Positions 37,591 to 47,492 are shown, counted from the whole stretch's first letter. The stretch: 63,979 nt of DNA, filler included, from an uncultured bacterium (GCA_964506785.1; 5 parts of 5 records of this genome joined end to end with filler, not necessarily neighbours in it); one strand, 5' to 3'. Numbers and translations are program-made. The notes: generated by a model not told the origin, from the letters alone.

Positions 37591-37943
37591 TGGTGAAGAC
37601 AGGAAGCTTTAAAGACTTAATTGTCTGGCAGAAAGCTTATAAGTTAGTGTTAGAAACGTATAAAGCGACTAGAGATTTTCCCAAACATGAGGTTTATGGG
37701 TTATCACAGCCAACGAGAAGAGCCGCAGTTTCTATTCCTTCAAACATAGCCGAGGGTTATAGCCGGAGGAACAAGGGAGAATATATACATTTTTTATCTT
37801 TAGCATATAGTTCTTTAGCAGAGTTGGAGACTCAATATTTATTATCAAAAGATTTAAAATATTTAAAAAAGAATGATATCGTCAAAGGTTTATTGGGGGA
37901 AATCGGGAGAATATTGTATCGTCTAATGCATCCTATACGCTAA
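37590..37943 (+). CDS. Four-helix-bundle protein (23S rRNA-IVP/Avd-like)
   Basis: [41 protein letters not shown]. Confidence 0.93.
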   Translation: MVKTGSFKDLIVWQKAYKLVLETYKATRDFPKHEVYGLSQPTRRAAVSIPSNIAEGYSRRNKGEYIHFLSLAYSSLAELETQYLLSKDLKYLKKNDIVKGLLGEIGRILYRLMHPIR

Positions 37944-37963
37944 GCGCTATCCGCTATACGCTA
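37929..37963 (-). repeat. Right heptamer arm (TACGCTA)n, inverted relative to the left arm
   Basis: catccta-tacgcta-agcgcta-tccgcta-tacgcta; 37931-37942 is the exact reverse complement of 37577-37588. Confidence 0.88.
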
Positions 37964-37974
37964 AAGGAGAAATT

Positions 37975-39261
37975 ATGCTTGATTTGAAATTTATCCGGGA
38001 GAATGTCGAAAAGGTTAAGCAGGCAATTAAAGATAAGAAGGAAAAGGTGAATTTAGATGAGATTTTGAAGTTAGATGAAGAACGGCGCAAAATAATCAGC
38101 CAGGCGGAGAAATTAAGAAACGAGAAAAACGTTGCTTCCCGGGAAATTGGCCGGATGATGCAGAAGAAAGCCAGGCCGCAGGCGAAAATAGCCGAGATGA
38201 AAAAGCTGGCTGAAAAAATTAAATCTTTAAATGATAAATTAGTGAAAAATGAAAATAAATTGAAGGCCTTGCTTTTAACCGTTCCCAATGTTCCTCATTC
38301 CTCGGTGCCCGTTGGCCCCGGGGCCGATGCTAACAAAGTAGTCAAAAGCTGGGGGGAGCCCCGCCGGTTTGATTTTAAACCAGTGACCCATCTAAACTTA
38401 ACTGATTCTTTAGGGATTATTGATTTTGCCCGGGGAACGAAGATTACCGGGCGGGCATTTCCCCTTTATATAGGGGCAGGGGCCACCTTAGAGCGGGCGC
38501 TGATAAATTTTATGTTGGATTTACATACCCAAAAGCATGGGTATACCGAGGTTTTTCCTCCCTATATTGTTAATCGGGAGAGTATGATTAATACCGGCCA
38601 GCTTCCAAAGTTAGAGGATGATATGTACCGCCTCCATCGGGATGACTATTTTCTTATTCCGACCGCCGAGGTGCCGCTGACCAATATTCACCGGGATGAA
38701 ATTCTTGAAGAAGATACTTTGCCGCGTTACTATACGGCTTATACGGCTTGTTTCCGCCGGGAGGCCGGTTCTTACGGGAAAAATACGGTCGGGCTTACCC
38801 GAGTGCACCAGTTTAACAAAGTTGAATTGGTTAAATTTGTTAAACCAGAAAATTCGTATGAGGAATTGGAAAAACTTTTAGCCGATGCCGAGGAAATTAT
38901 CCAGCTTTTAGAACTGCCTTACCGCGTTTCTTTATTATCGACCGGAGATTTAAGTTTTGCCGGAACAAAATGTTATGATATTGAGGTTTGGGCTCCGGGG
39001 CTGGAGAGGTATTTAGAAATTTCTTCCTGCAGTAACTTTGAGGATTTTCAATCCCGCCGGGCAAACATAAAATTTAGACGGGCAACGGCCGACGGGCAGC
39101 GGAAAACGGAATATGTTCATACCCTCAATGGCTCGGGTGTCGCTCTGGCCCGCACGGTGATTGCCCTGATAGAGCAGTATCAAAATAAAGACGGTTCTAT
39201 AAACATTCCCGAAATCCTCAGGCCCTATATGGGTGGGTTGGGGAAGATTGGAAAAAGATAG
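37975..39261 (+). CDS. serS: Serine--tRNA ligase
   Basis: [10 protein letters not shown] coiled arm, [38 protein letters not shown]. Confidence 0.98.
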   Translation: MLDLKFIRENVEKVKQAIKDKKEKVNLDEILKLDEERRKIISQAEKLRNEKNVASREIGRMMQKKARPQAKIAEMKKLAEKIKSLNDKLVKNENKLKALLLTVPNVPHSSVPVGPGADANKVVKSWGEPRRFDFKPVTHLNLTDSLGIIDFARGTKITGRAFPLYIGAGATLERALINFMLDLHTQKHGYTEVFPPYIVNRESMINTGQLPKLEDDMYRLHRDDYFLIPTAEVPLTNIHRDEILEEDTLPRYYTAYTACFRREAGSYGKNTVGLTRVHQFNKVELVKFVKPENSYEELEKLLADAEEIIQLLELPYRVSLLSTGDLSFAGTKCYDIEVWAPGLERYLEISSCSNFEDFQSRRANIKFRRATADGQRKTEYVHTLNGSGVALARTVIALIEQYQNKDGSINIPEILRPYMGGLGKIGKR

Positions 39262-39339
39262 AGAAAGCGAAAGTTTATTAAAGATTTTTCGCCCAAAAAG
39301 GGTGGGCTCAAAACCCAAAAATTTATAAAGAAAATTTTT

Positions 39340-39427
39340 GGAGGAGTGGCTGAGTGGCTTAAAGCGGCGGTCTTGAAAACCGTTATCCTGCAAAGGATCA
39401 GGGGTTCAAATCCTCTCTCCTCCGCCA
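39340..39427 (+). tRNA. tRNA-Ser(TGA)
   Basis: GGAGGAG acceptor, GCGGT-CTTGAAA-ACCGT, long variable arm, GCCA end. Confidence 0.95.
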
Positions 39428-39542
39428 ATTTATTGTTTGAAATCGCTTTTGTAAGTAGCTTTGTAGCAGGGGACAAGGGCATGCCCTTTTTTTGAGAGAA
39501 AGCGGGAAGTTTCGCGGGTATAATTGCTTACAGGAAAATGGG

Positions 39543-41180
39543 TTAAACAGGGAAGGAGTCTTGCCTGTAGATTACTTTCTTAATTATCGGCCGTAATTTT
39601 TTAAATACCTCAAGATACTCTATTCTTTCCAGGCGAAGCTTACGGCAAAGTTTTTCCCGCTCATCTGCGGAGTAAAATTGCTTTAAATTAAATAGATTCG
39701 GTCTTACCCCTTCTACTTTTTTGGGAATAAGCGTGCCAAAATCAGGTTCTTTAACCCATTCAATGGTGTCTCTGACAATGCCGCGGATGATGCTGGCCAT
39801 CTCATCGACCTGAATCCTGGTAACCGGGCGGATAATTTTCAGGGTGCCATCCGGGTTTCTTCGGGAGATTTCCCCAATACCGCCGGTATTTAAGAGGTAA
39901 CACTGTATTTTATCTTCGTTGGCTTTGATAAATTCATAGAACCTGTTTCCTTCCTCTGCCTCACAGCCGACAATAAAAGGGTTGGTGCCTACTACCCGCA
40001 CAGATTTGCCCGCCCGGGTGGGATCGCTGGCGGCGGTTTCAATGGATTCTCCCAGCATAAAGAAAGCGGCGGCTTGTTCCGGAGTAAGTTTTGAAGCAAT
40101 GGGTTGGACGGTATTGCGGCGAGTAATAAAAGCAATTATCAGGCCGTCGGTTTTACTTATTGGGGGTAAATTAACCGTTTTGGCGCAGGCTTTACCCAAA
40201 TCAGTCCGCTGGATTATTCCCCGGCCATTCCCGGTTAAGGTTTCATCTTCAAAGGAAACCCGGCCAACGGAATCAATCATCACATTTTCAAAAACGGCTT
40301 CTTTTTTCGTCGCCGCTTTATAAAGCAAAGGTTGTTCGGTGGGATGGAGAGAATCAGTTTTAACAAAAAATCCTTTCTCTGTTCCCAATGCCGAACCATC
40401 CAAACGGATGAAGACAACGTCATCTTGAACGATACTTACTTTTTCGCCGGGTCTATCTAAATTATGATTATGGCAGGAATGAGTAGTTTTCCCTGTAGCA
40501 GTTAGGCCAAAAAGAACCATGCTGTATTGGCGCATTTTACCTTGCTGGTCCCTGGCCTGAATGAGTTTTGCCCCGGCATGGACAGCCAGCATACCAGCTT
40601 TTTTAGCATACCACATAGCCATTCGCAAAAAGCCTTTTTTTACTTCTCCATAATAATCTGTTCCTAATATATAAGTTAGCCCCTGATTAGGGAAGACCAA
40701 AATCTGTCTATCTTTTTCATGCCATTCAGGAATATAGATTAATTTGAGGTCAGGGCCTTTAGTCTTTTTGCCGGTGAAGAGGCTTTTTGACCACATATAG
40801 GGGAGTCTGACTGCATCTTTCCGCTGGGTAGAAATGTATAAATTACACTTCGGGGTGAACAAGGGATTCTTTCCCATTATTCTCTGGACATGAATCATTG
40901 GAGCTTTGGGAAGGTAGGCCGCCAATTGTTTGAGTGTAGCCGGAGCATTTTGAATTAATTGCTTTTGTTTGTCAGACCAGCCTTTCCAGGGTTCCCAGTC
41001 AACCCCTAAGACCACGGTTAAGGCGGCACTGCGGTTGCGAACGACACTAAAGAAAGCGTAGTTACCCCATTGGGTCTTGTGACCAATTTGTTCGGCCATT
41101 TGACGCAATTTAGCATCACTGGGTGTGGTAACGTTGGCTGCCCGGGGCCACTGTTTAACTACATCAGGATTTCTAACCAT
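39543..41180 (-). CDS. pckA: Phosphoenolpyruvate carboxykinase (ATP), divergent type
   Basis: GTDYYGEVKKG, HAGAK, FGLTATGKTT, QDD, E.GFFVKT, LLNTG. Confidence 0.87.
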   Translation of the reverse strand: MVRNPDVVKQWPRAANVTTPSDAKLRQMAEQIGHKTQWGNYAFFSVVRNRSAALTVVLGVDWEPWKGWSDKQKQLIQNAPATLKQLAAYLPKAPMIHVQRIMGKNPLFTPKCNLYISTQRKDAVRLPYMWSKSLFTGKKTKGPDLKLIYIPEWHEKDRQILVFPNQGLTYILGTDYYGEVKKGFLRMAMWYAKKAGMLAVHAGAKLIQARDQQGKMRQYSMVLFGLTATGKTTHSCHNHNLDRPGEKVSIVQDDVVFIRLDGSALGTEKGFFVKTDSLHPTEQPLLYKAATKKEAVFENVMIDSVGRVSFEDETLTGNGRGIIQRTDLGKACAKTVNLPPISKTDGLIIAFITRRNTVQPIASKLTPEQAAAFFMLGESIETAASDPTRAGKSVRVVGTNPFIVGCEAEEGNRFYEFIKANEDKIQCYLLNTGGIGEISRRNPDGTLKIIRPVTRIQVDEMASIIRGIVRDTIEWVKEPDFGTLIPKKVEGVRPNLFNLKQFYSADEREKLCRKLRLERIEYLEVFKKLRPIIKKVIYRQDSFPV

Positions 41181-41341
41181 AAAATTTTTCTCCCTGCTAG
41201 ATTACGCTTCCAATTATATCACAAGCAGGTTGTATTATGCAATAGCAATTAAAACAATTTCTGACAGGACGCTTTTTATCCTCAGGATTAGGTTTATTTA
41301 AGCTCAATTATGGAAAGGGAGAAAAATTATCTGGCCCTTCC

Positions 41342-41370
41342 TTGATTTCCAGATAAATTTATGATATAGT
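41342..41370 (+). promoter_or_regulatory. sigma70-type promoter of the tRNA-tadA unit
   Basis: TTGATT-17 bp-TATAGT with extended TG, 14 bp upstream of the tRNA. Confidence 0.6.
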
Positions 41371-41384
41371 AAAGCTGGAAATAC

Positions 41385-41473
41385 GGAGAGGTACCGAAGC
41401 GGTTATAACGGGGACGACTCGAAATCGTCTTGGCTGAAAAGTCACGGGGGTTCGAATCCCTCCCTCTCCGCCA
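41385..41473 (+). tRNA. tRNA-Ser(CGA)
   Basis: GACGA-CTCGAAA-TCGTC, long variable arm, CCA. Confidence 0.95.
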
Positions 41474-41513
41474 ATTTGTATATCGGTTGCTTTCGGGCTA
41501 TTGAATGAAATGT

Positions 41514-41590
41514 GTGCCTGTAGCTCAGTTGGATAGAGCACTGGTCTACGAAACCAGTTGTCGGGCGTTCGAGCCGCCCCAGGCACGCCA
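41514..41590 (+). tRNA. tRNA-Arg(ACG)
   Basis: CTGGT-CTACGAA-ACCAG, CCA. Confidence 0.95.
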
Positions 41591-41659
41591 ATTTATAGTT
41601 TCAGAGAGGCAGTCAGAAACTCAAAGTGTATTTTTAAAAACGGTGAACGTTGATAGATA

Positions 41660-42118
41660 ATGGAGATTTCTCAAACTAAATTTATGAAAGAGGCACTGAA
41701 AGAAGCAGGTAAATGTTCTATTGATGAAGATATTCCTGTTGGTGCGGTAGTAATTCTTGACGGAAAAATAATTGGCCGGGGGTATAATCAGCGGGAGAAG
41801 AACCACGATCCCACCGGACATGCAGAAATAGTTGCTATGCGTCAGGCGGCGAAACATTTGGGAACTTGGAGGCTGAATAGGGCAAGTCTTTATACTACTT
41901 TTGAGCCCTGCCCGATGTGTGCCGGAGCGATGGTTCAAGCCCGGATAAAAAATCTATTTTTTGGTCTCAAAAACTTGAAAGCCGGAGCGGCGGGTACGGT
42001 AATGAATTTAACCGGCTCTAAAAAATTTAATCATCGTCTCAAGGTAAAAGGTGGAATATTTGAAGAAGAATCCCGAAGATTGATTAAAGATTTTTTTAAA
42101 AAACTTCGAGGCAAATAG
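41660..42118 (+). CDS. tadA: tRNA adenosine(34) deaminase
   Basis: PVGAV, DPTGHAE, EPCPMCAGA, FF..LR. Confidence 0.95.
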   Translation: MEISQTKFMKEALKEAGKCSIDEDIPVGAVVILDGKIIGRGYNQREKNHDPTGHAEIVAMRQAAKHLGTWRLNRASLYTTFEPCPMCAGAMVQARIKNLFFGLKNLKAGAAGTVMNLTGSKKFNHRLKVKGGIFEEESRRLIKDFFKKLRGK

Positions 42119-42152
42119 TTTTTGATATGAGCTAACAGTCATAAGCTAATTG

Positions 42153-42241
42153 GGAGAGATCGCATAGCGGCCTAGTGCGCGTGCCTGGAGAGCACGTTTA
42201 CCCTTTGGGTAACCAGGGTTCGAATCCCTGTCTCTCCGCCA
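42153..42241 (+). tRNA. tRNA-Ser(GGA)
   Basis: CGTGC-CTGGAGA-GCACG, long variable arm, CCA. Confidence 0.95.
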
Positions 42242-42400
42242 GTCTTGATAGGGAGCTTTTAATAAGAAGGGACGGAAGGTACCTTCCGTCGAAAAAATCA
42301 ATCGGCGCTCTTGTAATATAAAGTTCGAACCTACCTTTTCCAGAAAGTCTTTCTGGGATTTTAAAATTCCCTCCTGAATTGCGCAATATCCTAAGTTTAT
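42242..42400 (-). pseudogene. Possible C-terminal remnant of a large serine recombinase reading into the tRNA
   Basis: QKDFLEKVGSNFILQERRL...PF...WRRDRDSNP resembles tails of tRNA-targeting serine recombinases (pattern recognition only). Confidence 0.45.
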
Positions 42401-42543
42401 TAAAGTTACGAATTTCCTTCCTTTGGCTAATACGCTTATGGGCTCCGAAATATTCAAGTTCAGTACAGATGGCCGTCTTTTTATCCCCGAAGCAGGTAAT
42501 TTTATTTTATTCTGTAAGTAGGAATTGAATATTCCCATCTGGA

Positions 42544-43781
42544 CTACACCCTATGTTTAGAAATTAAAAGTAGAAAAGCGCCTCGCAGACGAATTATCAG
42601 TGGAATTTTTGAAGCATAAATTCTACGGTGTAGAATTAAACCGTAATACAGTTTATATACTAAATTTATAGCTTTCTTAGATAAAAACTTTTTTAGTTTA
42701 AATGTAAACTTTAATAGTAACTTTAGCTTAGGATAATCAACAATAATTGGGAATAGCTTATGTAAAATATATATTTTTTCTTTAAAATCCGACTTAAAAT
42801 TTAAAACAGTTGTTAAATACTGTCCTTTAAAAACCTCATCCCAATTGCTTAAATATCCATATGTTTTACAGTATTCAGCGATACGCGTTCCAGGGTAAGG
42901 TTGGAAAATCGATGCGTCAGCAAAGTCAACCCTGCATTGCTGATTTAACTCAATGGTTTGAAATATTTCGCTATCCGATTCTCCTGGCAGGCCAATCATA
43001 TTAAGTGTATATATTCGGATGCCGTATTTTCTTAAATTTTCGCAGGAGGATATTATTTGTTTATTGTTAATTTTTCTATTCAAAATAGAATCACGTATTT
43101 GTTCATTACCACATTCGATTGCTACACAAACGGAGTAGCATCCGGCTTTTTTTAACTGGCGGCAATATTCATCGGTAATCATATTAGGATGCGCATGGCA
43201 GAGAAATGGTAATCTTATTTCTCGGGGATATCGATTAGCAAATTCCATAAGCCAATCTCGGTCGGCCCCAAAAATATCATCATGCAATTTTATAAAGTTC
43301 AAAGGGTGTTTATTTCTTACAGTCTGGATCTCATTAAAAAGATAAGTAACGCTTTTAGTGCGTAATATCTTGCCTTTCCCTTTATACATAGCGTTAAAAG
43401 CGTGGTTAAAACAATAAGAGCAGTTAAATGGACAACCTCTCCCCGCAAAAAAGGATTTTATCGGACTGCTAGCCAAAAATCTGCTCTGAGAATAAACTAT
43501 ATCGCGGTCTGGAAACGGTAAAGTATCTAAATCTGAAACCAAAAAAGTCAATGGGTTATCTTTAATTTCTCCCGCGGCTTTTTTAAAAGAAAAATTGCTT
43601 GTTTCATACATTTTATCTGTATCGAAATTCTGTAAAAATACAGGAAAACAGATATCAGCTTCGCCCCTACATATTGCATCAACACCTTCTTCTTTTATGA
43701 AAGAGGGGGCAAAAGTTGGATGAGGCCCCCCAAATAACGAAAAAAAGCTATCTTTGCTTTTTTTTAATATTTTATTAATTT
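42544..43781 (-). CDS. B12-binding radical SAM enzyme (5'-truncated by contig edge)
   Basis: Frame open upstream of 43611 (GGPHPTF...RGEAD); RGCPFNCSYC; MIGLPGE; PYPGT. Confidence 0.92.
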
Positions 43782-43881
43782 NNNNNNNNNNNNNNNNNNN
43801 NNNNNNNNNNNNNNNNNNNNNNNNNTTAATTAATTAANNNNNNNNNNNNNNNNNNNNNNNNNNNNNNNNNNNNNNNNNNNN
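43782..43881. other. Artificial contig linker
   Basis: N44-TTAATTAATTAA-N44. Confidence 0.99.
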
Positions 43882-43922
43882 TTTTATCACACTTCGTAAG
43901 TGTGATAAAATGGCGGGGTTTT
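43882..43922. repeat. REP-like palindrome, copy 2
   Basis: TTTTATCACACTT-CGT-AAGTGTGATAAAA perfect 13-bp stem followed by TGGCGGGGTTTT; the contig starts exactly here. Confidence 0.9.
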
Positions 43923-43937
43923 CGTTATCCCCATTTA

Positions 43938-45314
43938 CTATCCAGCATTCCGGAGTTGTTCCCGGGCTTGGTGAATCATCTTTTTCACATTTTCCGGGGC
44001 GGTCCCCCCAAATGATTTTTTAGAGTTAACCGAAACAGTTAAGTTCATAACCTGGTAAACATCACTTTCAAACTTATAAGAAAAGGCTTTTAATTCCTCC
44101 AGGGTCAATTTTTCAAGTAGCTTTTTCTTTTCTTCGGCAAACTGCACCAGTTTTCCCACCGAGATATGGGCCTCGCGGAAAGGAACACCTTTTTTAACCA
44201 GGTATTCGACTAAATCGGTAGCCAAGAGATACCCTCGGGCCGCCTCAAACTCCATTTTCTCTTTATTCACCGAGAGGCTTTTAAGCATCTCAGAAAAAAT
44301 AGAAAGCATCTCTTCTATATTATCCACGCAGTCGAAAAGTGAAGTTTTATCCTCCTGCATATCGCGGTTATAGGCAAGGGGCAGTCCCTTTAAAAGGACA
44401 AGAATCTGAATCAGGTCGCCATAGATACGAGCTGTTTTCCCCCGGATGACTTCGGCGACATCAGGATTTTTCTTCTGGGGCATCAGACTGCTCCCAGTAC
44501 AGAAATCCTCTCCGATAGAGACAAAGTCAAATTCTGTGCTTGACCAGAGAATCAACTCCTCACTAAAACGGGAAAGATGCATGGCGATAATGGAAGAGGC
44601 AGCAATAAATTCAATAATAAAGTCCCGGTCGCTAACGGCATCAACGGAATGGGGAGAAACTTTCGGAAAATCCAATAGATTAGCCAGATACTGTCGGTCA
44701 ATAGGAAGAGAGGTACCTCCTATTGCCCCTGAACCCAGGGGTAAGACATTTACCCGTTCCAAACAACCTTCCAGGCGTTTCTTATCGCGCTCTAACATGT
44801 AAAAATAACTTAAGAGGTGATGCGAAAAAAGAATCGGCTGGGCATGCTGAAGATGGGTAAACCCGGGCATAATCACCTGAATGTTTTTTTCCGCCTGTCC
44901 CAAGATTACCTGCTGAAAAGTAACCAGCAAAGCCAAAATATCCTTTATTTTCCGGCGTAAGAATAGGCGCATATCCAAAGCCACCTGGTCGTTTCGGCTG
45001 CGGGCAGTATGAAGCTTACCGGCGGCTTCGCCAATCTTTTTGGTCAGGTGCTCTTCAATGGCCAGATGAATATCCTCCTCGCCAGAAAACTTGAGCTTGC
45101 CCTTTTCTATCTCTTCTTTTATTTCCTCTAACCCTTTGACAATCGTTTCTTTTTCTTCTTCGGAAATAATCTCAACTTTAGCTAACATTTTAGCCTGGGC
45201 AATACTTCCCTCGATATCTTCAGCATATAACCGCTGGTCAAAAGAAATTGAAGAGAGAAATTTTTCTGCCTTTGGATGGGTCTCTTTCTTGAATCGTCCT
45301 CCCCAAAGTTTCAT
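43938..45314 (-). CDS. argH: Argininosuccinate lyase
   Basis: LWGGRF, HTARSRNDQ, GSSLMPQKKNPD, YNRDMQEDK. Confidence 0.97.
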   Translation of the reverse strand: MKLWGGRFKKETHPKAEKFLSSISFDQRLYAEDIEGSIAQAKMLAKVEIISEEEKETIVKGLEEIKEEIEKGKLKFSGEEDIHLAIEEHLTKKIGEAAGKLHTARSRNDQVALDMRLFLRRKIKDILALLVTFQQVILGQAEKNIQVIMPGFTHLQHAQPILFSHHLLSYFYMLERDKKRLEGCLERVNVLPLGSGAIGGTSLPIDRQYLANLLDFPKVSPHSVDAVSDRDFIIEFIAASSIIAMHLSRFSEELILWSSTEFDFVSIGEDFCTGSSLMPQKKNPDVAEVIRGKTARIYGDLIQILVLLKGLPLAYNRDMQEDKTSLFDCVDNIEEMLSIFSEMLKSLSVNKEKMEFEAARGYLLATDLVEYLVKKGVPFREAHISVGKLVQFAEEKKKLLEKLTLEELKAFSYKFESDVYQVMNLTVSVNSKKSFGGTAPENVKKMIHQAREQLRNAG

Positions 45315-45385
45315 CTTCTGCCTCCTTCAATAAACTATCAGCGTCTCCCGCGATAAAAAATAGGCGGGAGGATTTTTTTTGATAC

Positions 45386-46585
45386 TTATAACTTTTTCCC
45401 TTCTGCCTGAACCTTTAGCGGCAGTCCCCAGAGCTTGATAAAGCCTTCGGCCAGGCTCTGGTCAAAGGCATCTCCTTTTTCATAGGTGGCTAAACTCTTT
45501 TTGTAAAGACTGAAAGGGGACTTACGGCTGAGAATCTGGCAGTTCCCTTTATAGAGCTTCAATTTAACTACACCGCTCACTTTTTTCTGAGCGGTATTAA
45601 TAAAGGCATCTATCGCTTTTTTCAAAGGCGAAAACCACCAGCCGTAATAAACCAGTTCGGCATATTTCAAAGAGAGCTTCTCTTTAAAATGAAAGGTTTC
45701 CCGATCCAGCGTTAATTCTTCTAAAGCCCGATGAGCCGTATAAAGAATTGCTGCCGCTGGCGCCTCATAAATCTCCCGGGATTTTATCCCTACCAGGCGA
45801 TTCTCAACCAAATCAGTCCGTCCAATACCGTGTTTTCCGCCGAGGGTATTAAGCATTGATACCAGTTTTACCGCAGCAATTTTTTCCTTATTCAGTTTTA
45901 CCGGCAGGCCCTCTTTAAATTCTATGTCCACTGTTTCCGCTTTATCGTCAGCCTCTAACAAAGAACGGGTCAGTCGATAGGCTCCTTCGGGAGGAGCCTG
46001 GGCCGGATCTTCCAAAAGGCCGCACTCAATGCTGGTCCCCCAGAGATTCTGGTCAATGCTATAAGGGGATTTCTTTGTCTGTTCAATGGGAATTTTATGC
46101 TTTTTAGCATAACTCATAGCCGCCTCTCGAGACTTAAGTGACCATTCCCGAAGGGGGGCAATTACCTTTAGTTTTGGGTTTAAAGCCATCAAAGAAACCT
46201 CAAAGCGCACCTGGTCATTTCCCTTGCCGGTACAGCCGTGAGCCACTAAACTGGCTTTTTCTTGATGAGCCACTTCAACAAGTTTTTTAGCGATTAAGGG
46301 ACGTCCTAAAGCGGTAGCCAGAAAGTATTTCCCTTCATAAACCGCCCCGGCTTTAAGGGCCGGATAGACATATTGGCTTAAAAATTCTTCTTTGGCGTCG
46401 GCAATGTAGGCGGAGACGGCGCCAATTTTTAAAGCTTTCTTTTTAATCTCCCCCAGATTCTTAGCCTGCCCAAGGTCAACTAAAAGAGCAACGACATCAA
46501 GATTTCGCTTCTTTTTAAGCCAGGAGATGGCTACCGAGGTATCCAATCCGCCTGAATAGGCTAAAAGAACCTTCTTTTTCTTCAT
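45386..46585 (-). CDS. argG: Argininosuccinate synthase
   Basis: LAYSGGLDTS, HGCTGKGNDQVRFE, ENRLVGIKSREIYE. Confidence 0.97.
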   Translation of the reverse strand: MKKKKVLLAYSGGLDTSVAISWLKKKRNLDVVALLVDLGQAKNLGEIKKKALKIGAVSAYIADAKEEFLSQYVYPALKAGAVYEGKYFLATALGRPLIAKKLVEVAHQEKASLVAHGCTGKGNDQVRFEVSLMALNPKLKVIAPLREWSLKSREAAMSYAKKHKIPIEQTKKSPYSIDQNLWGTSIECGLLEDPAQAPPEGAYRLTRSLLEADDKAETVDIEFKEGLPVKLNKEKIAAVKLVSMLNTLGGKHGIGRTDLVENRLVGIKSREIYEAPAAAILYTAHRALEELTLDRETFHFKEKLSLKYAELVYYGWWFSPLKKAIDAFINTAQKKVSGVVKLKLYKGNCQILSRKSPFSLYKKSLATYEKGDAFDQSLAEGFIKLWGLPLKVQAEGKKL

Positions 46586-47352
46586 TGAGTTTCTCCTTGC
46601 GCCGGTACTTTACCAATAGCTGTAACCAGAATGAGAATATACAACAGGCTGTAAATTAAACTAAACAGAGGAAATCCAAAATTAAATAGAATCACAATAA
46701 CCGCCAGCACCGTCGGTAGCGTTAAAGCGTAAAGGCCAATATTCAAAAGTTGGGAATAACTTAAGTTCTTCTTCTTAAGATTATTAGCCAGCATGGAAAT
46801 TAAACTAAAAAGAAAAATCTGGATAAACTTGGCAATTAAAAAATAGATGACCAAGAGAACCGTTATTATGGGAAAAACAACCTTCCCGCTTTTTTTCATC
46901 CACTCTTTTAAAAGCTCCGGGGTGATATATAAGGACGCCACTTGAGATAAATCATAACTCTGCGTTCTGGCATTATTTTTACTGAGCAGGGCATTCTTAG
47001 TGAGAAGAAGGCCGGCTTCATAATCATCTAACGAAACAACTTCTCCGGTGGTATCAATAATGAAGGCATAATTTTCCACCTTATAGATGTAGGGCTGGTC
47101 AACCGGGACAGAAACTACTCCGTTAGTAATACGGATTTCTGAAATTTCCTCGCCAGCTTTATCAACAAACTCCCCGGACAATTGAGCTAAAGTAGAAGTA
47201 AATTTTACCGACAATAAAACCGATATAACCAGAATGAGAATAGAAAGATAAAGAAAACTCCGGCCAAATTTCTGTTTAACAATCTTTCCGTAGCTTGAAG
47301 GGCTAAAACTATTTATAAACCCGGTTATAATTCCTAACTTTTTCTCTTCCAT
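46582..47352 (-). CDS. DUF1189-like membrane protein
   Basis: N-terminal TM, soluble IIDTTG domain, C-terminal TMs with YALTLP. Confidence 0.7.
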   Translation of the reverse strand: MEEKKLGIITGFINSFSPSSYGKIVKQKFGRSFLYLSILILVISVLLSVKFTSTLAQLSGEFVDKAGEEISEIRITNGVVSVPVDQPYIYKVENYAFIIDTTGEVVSLDDYEAGLLLTKNALLSKNNARTQSYDLSQVASLYITPELLKEWMKKSGKVVFPIITVLLVIYFLIAKFIQIFLFSLISMLANNLKKKNLSYSQLLNIGLYALTLPTVLAVIVILFNFGFPLFSLIYSLLYILILVTAIGKVPAQGETQ

Positions 47353-47367
47353 CTTGCACCTCCTGTT

Positions 47368-47406
47368 TCCGTTATCTCGTTATTTCGTTATCAGGCTATC
47401 ACGTTA
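47368..47406. repeat. Heptamer repeat (TCGTTAT family)
   Basis: ccgttat-ctcgtta-tttcgtta-tcaggcta-tcacgtta; related cgttatctcgct at 47463 and 58075. Confidence 0.6.
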
Positions 47407-47425
47407 AAAGCAGAAAACACCCCGT

Positions 47426-47458
47426 TTTTATCACACTTCGTAAGTGTGATAAAATGGC
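47426..47458. repeat. REP-like palindrome, copy 3
   Basis: 33 bp identical to 43882-43914. Confidence 0.9.
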
Positions 47459-47492
47459 TGGGCGTTATCTCGCTTCCACCATTTCCCATTTA

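Noticed and set aside
39013-42386. ORF-track entries overlapping tRNAs (39013-39393, 39225-39482, 41359-41586, 42198-42386; likewise 62205-62417)
   Set aside because: Antisense translations of tRNA genes.
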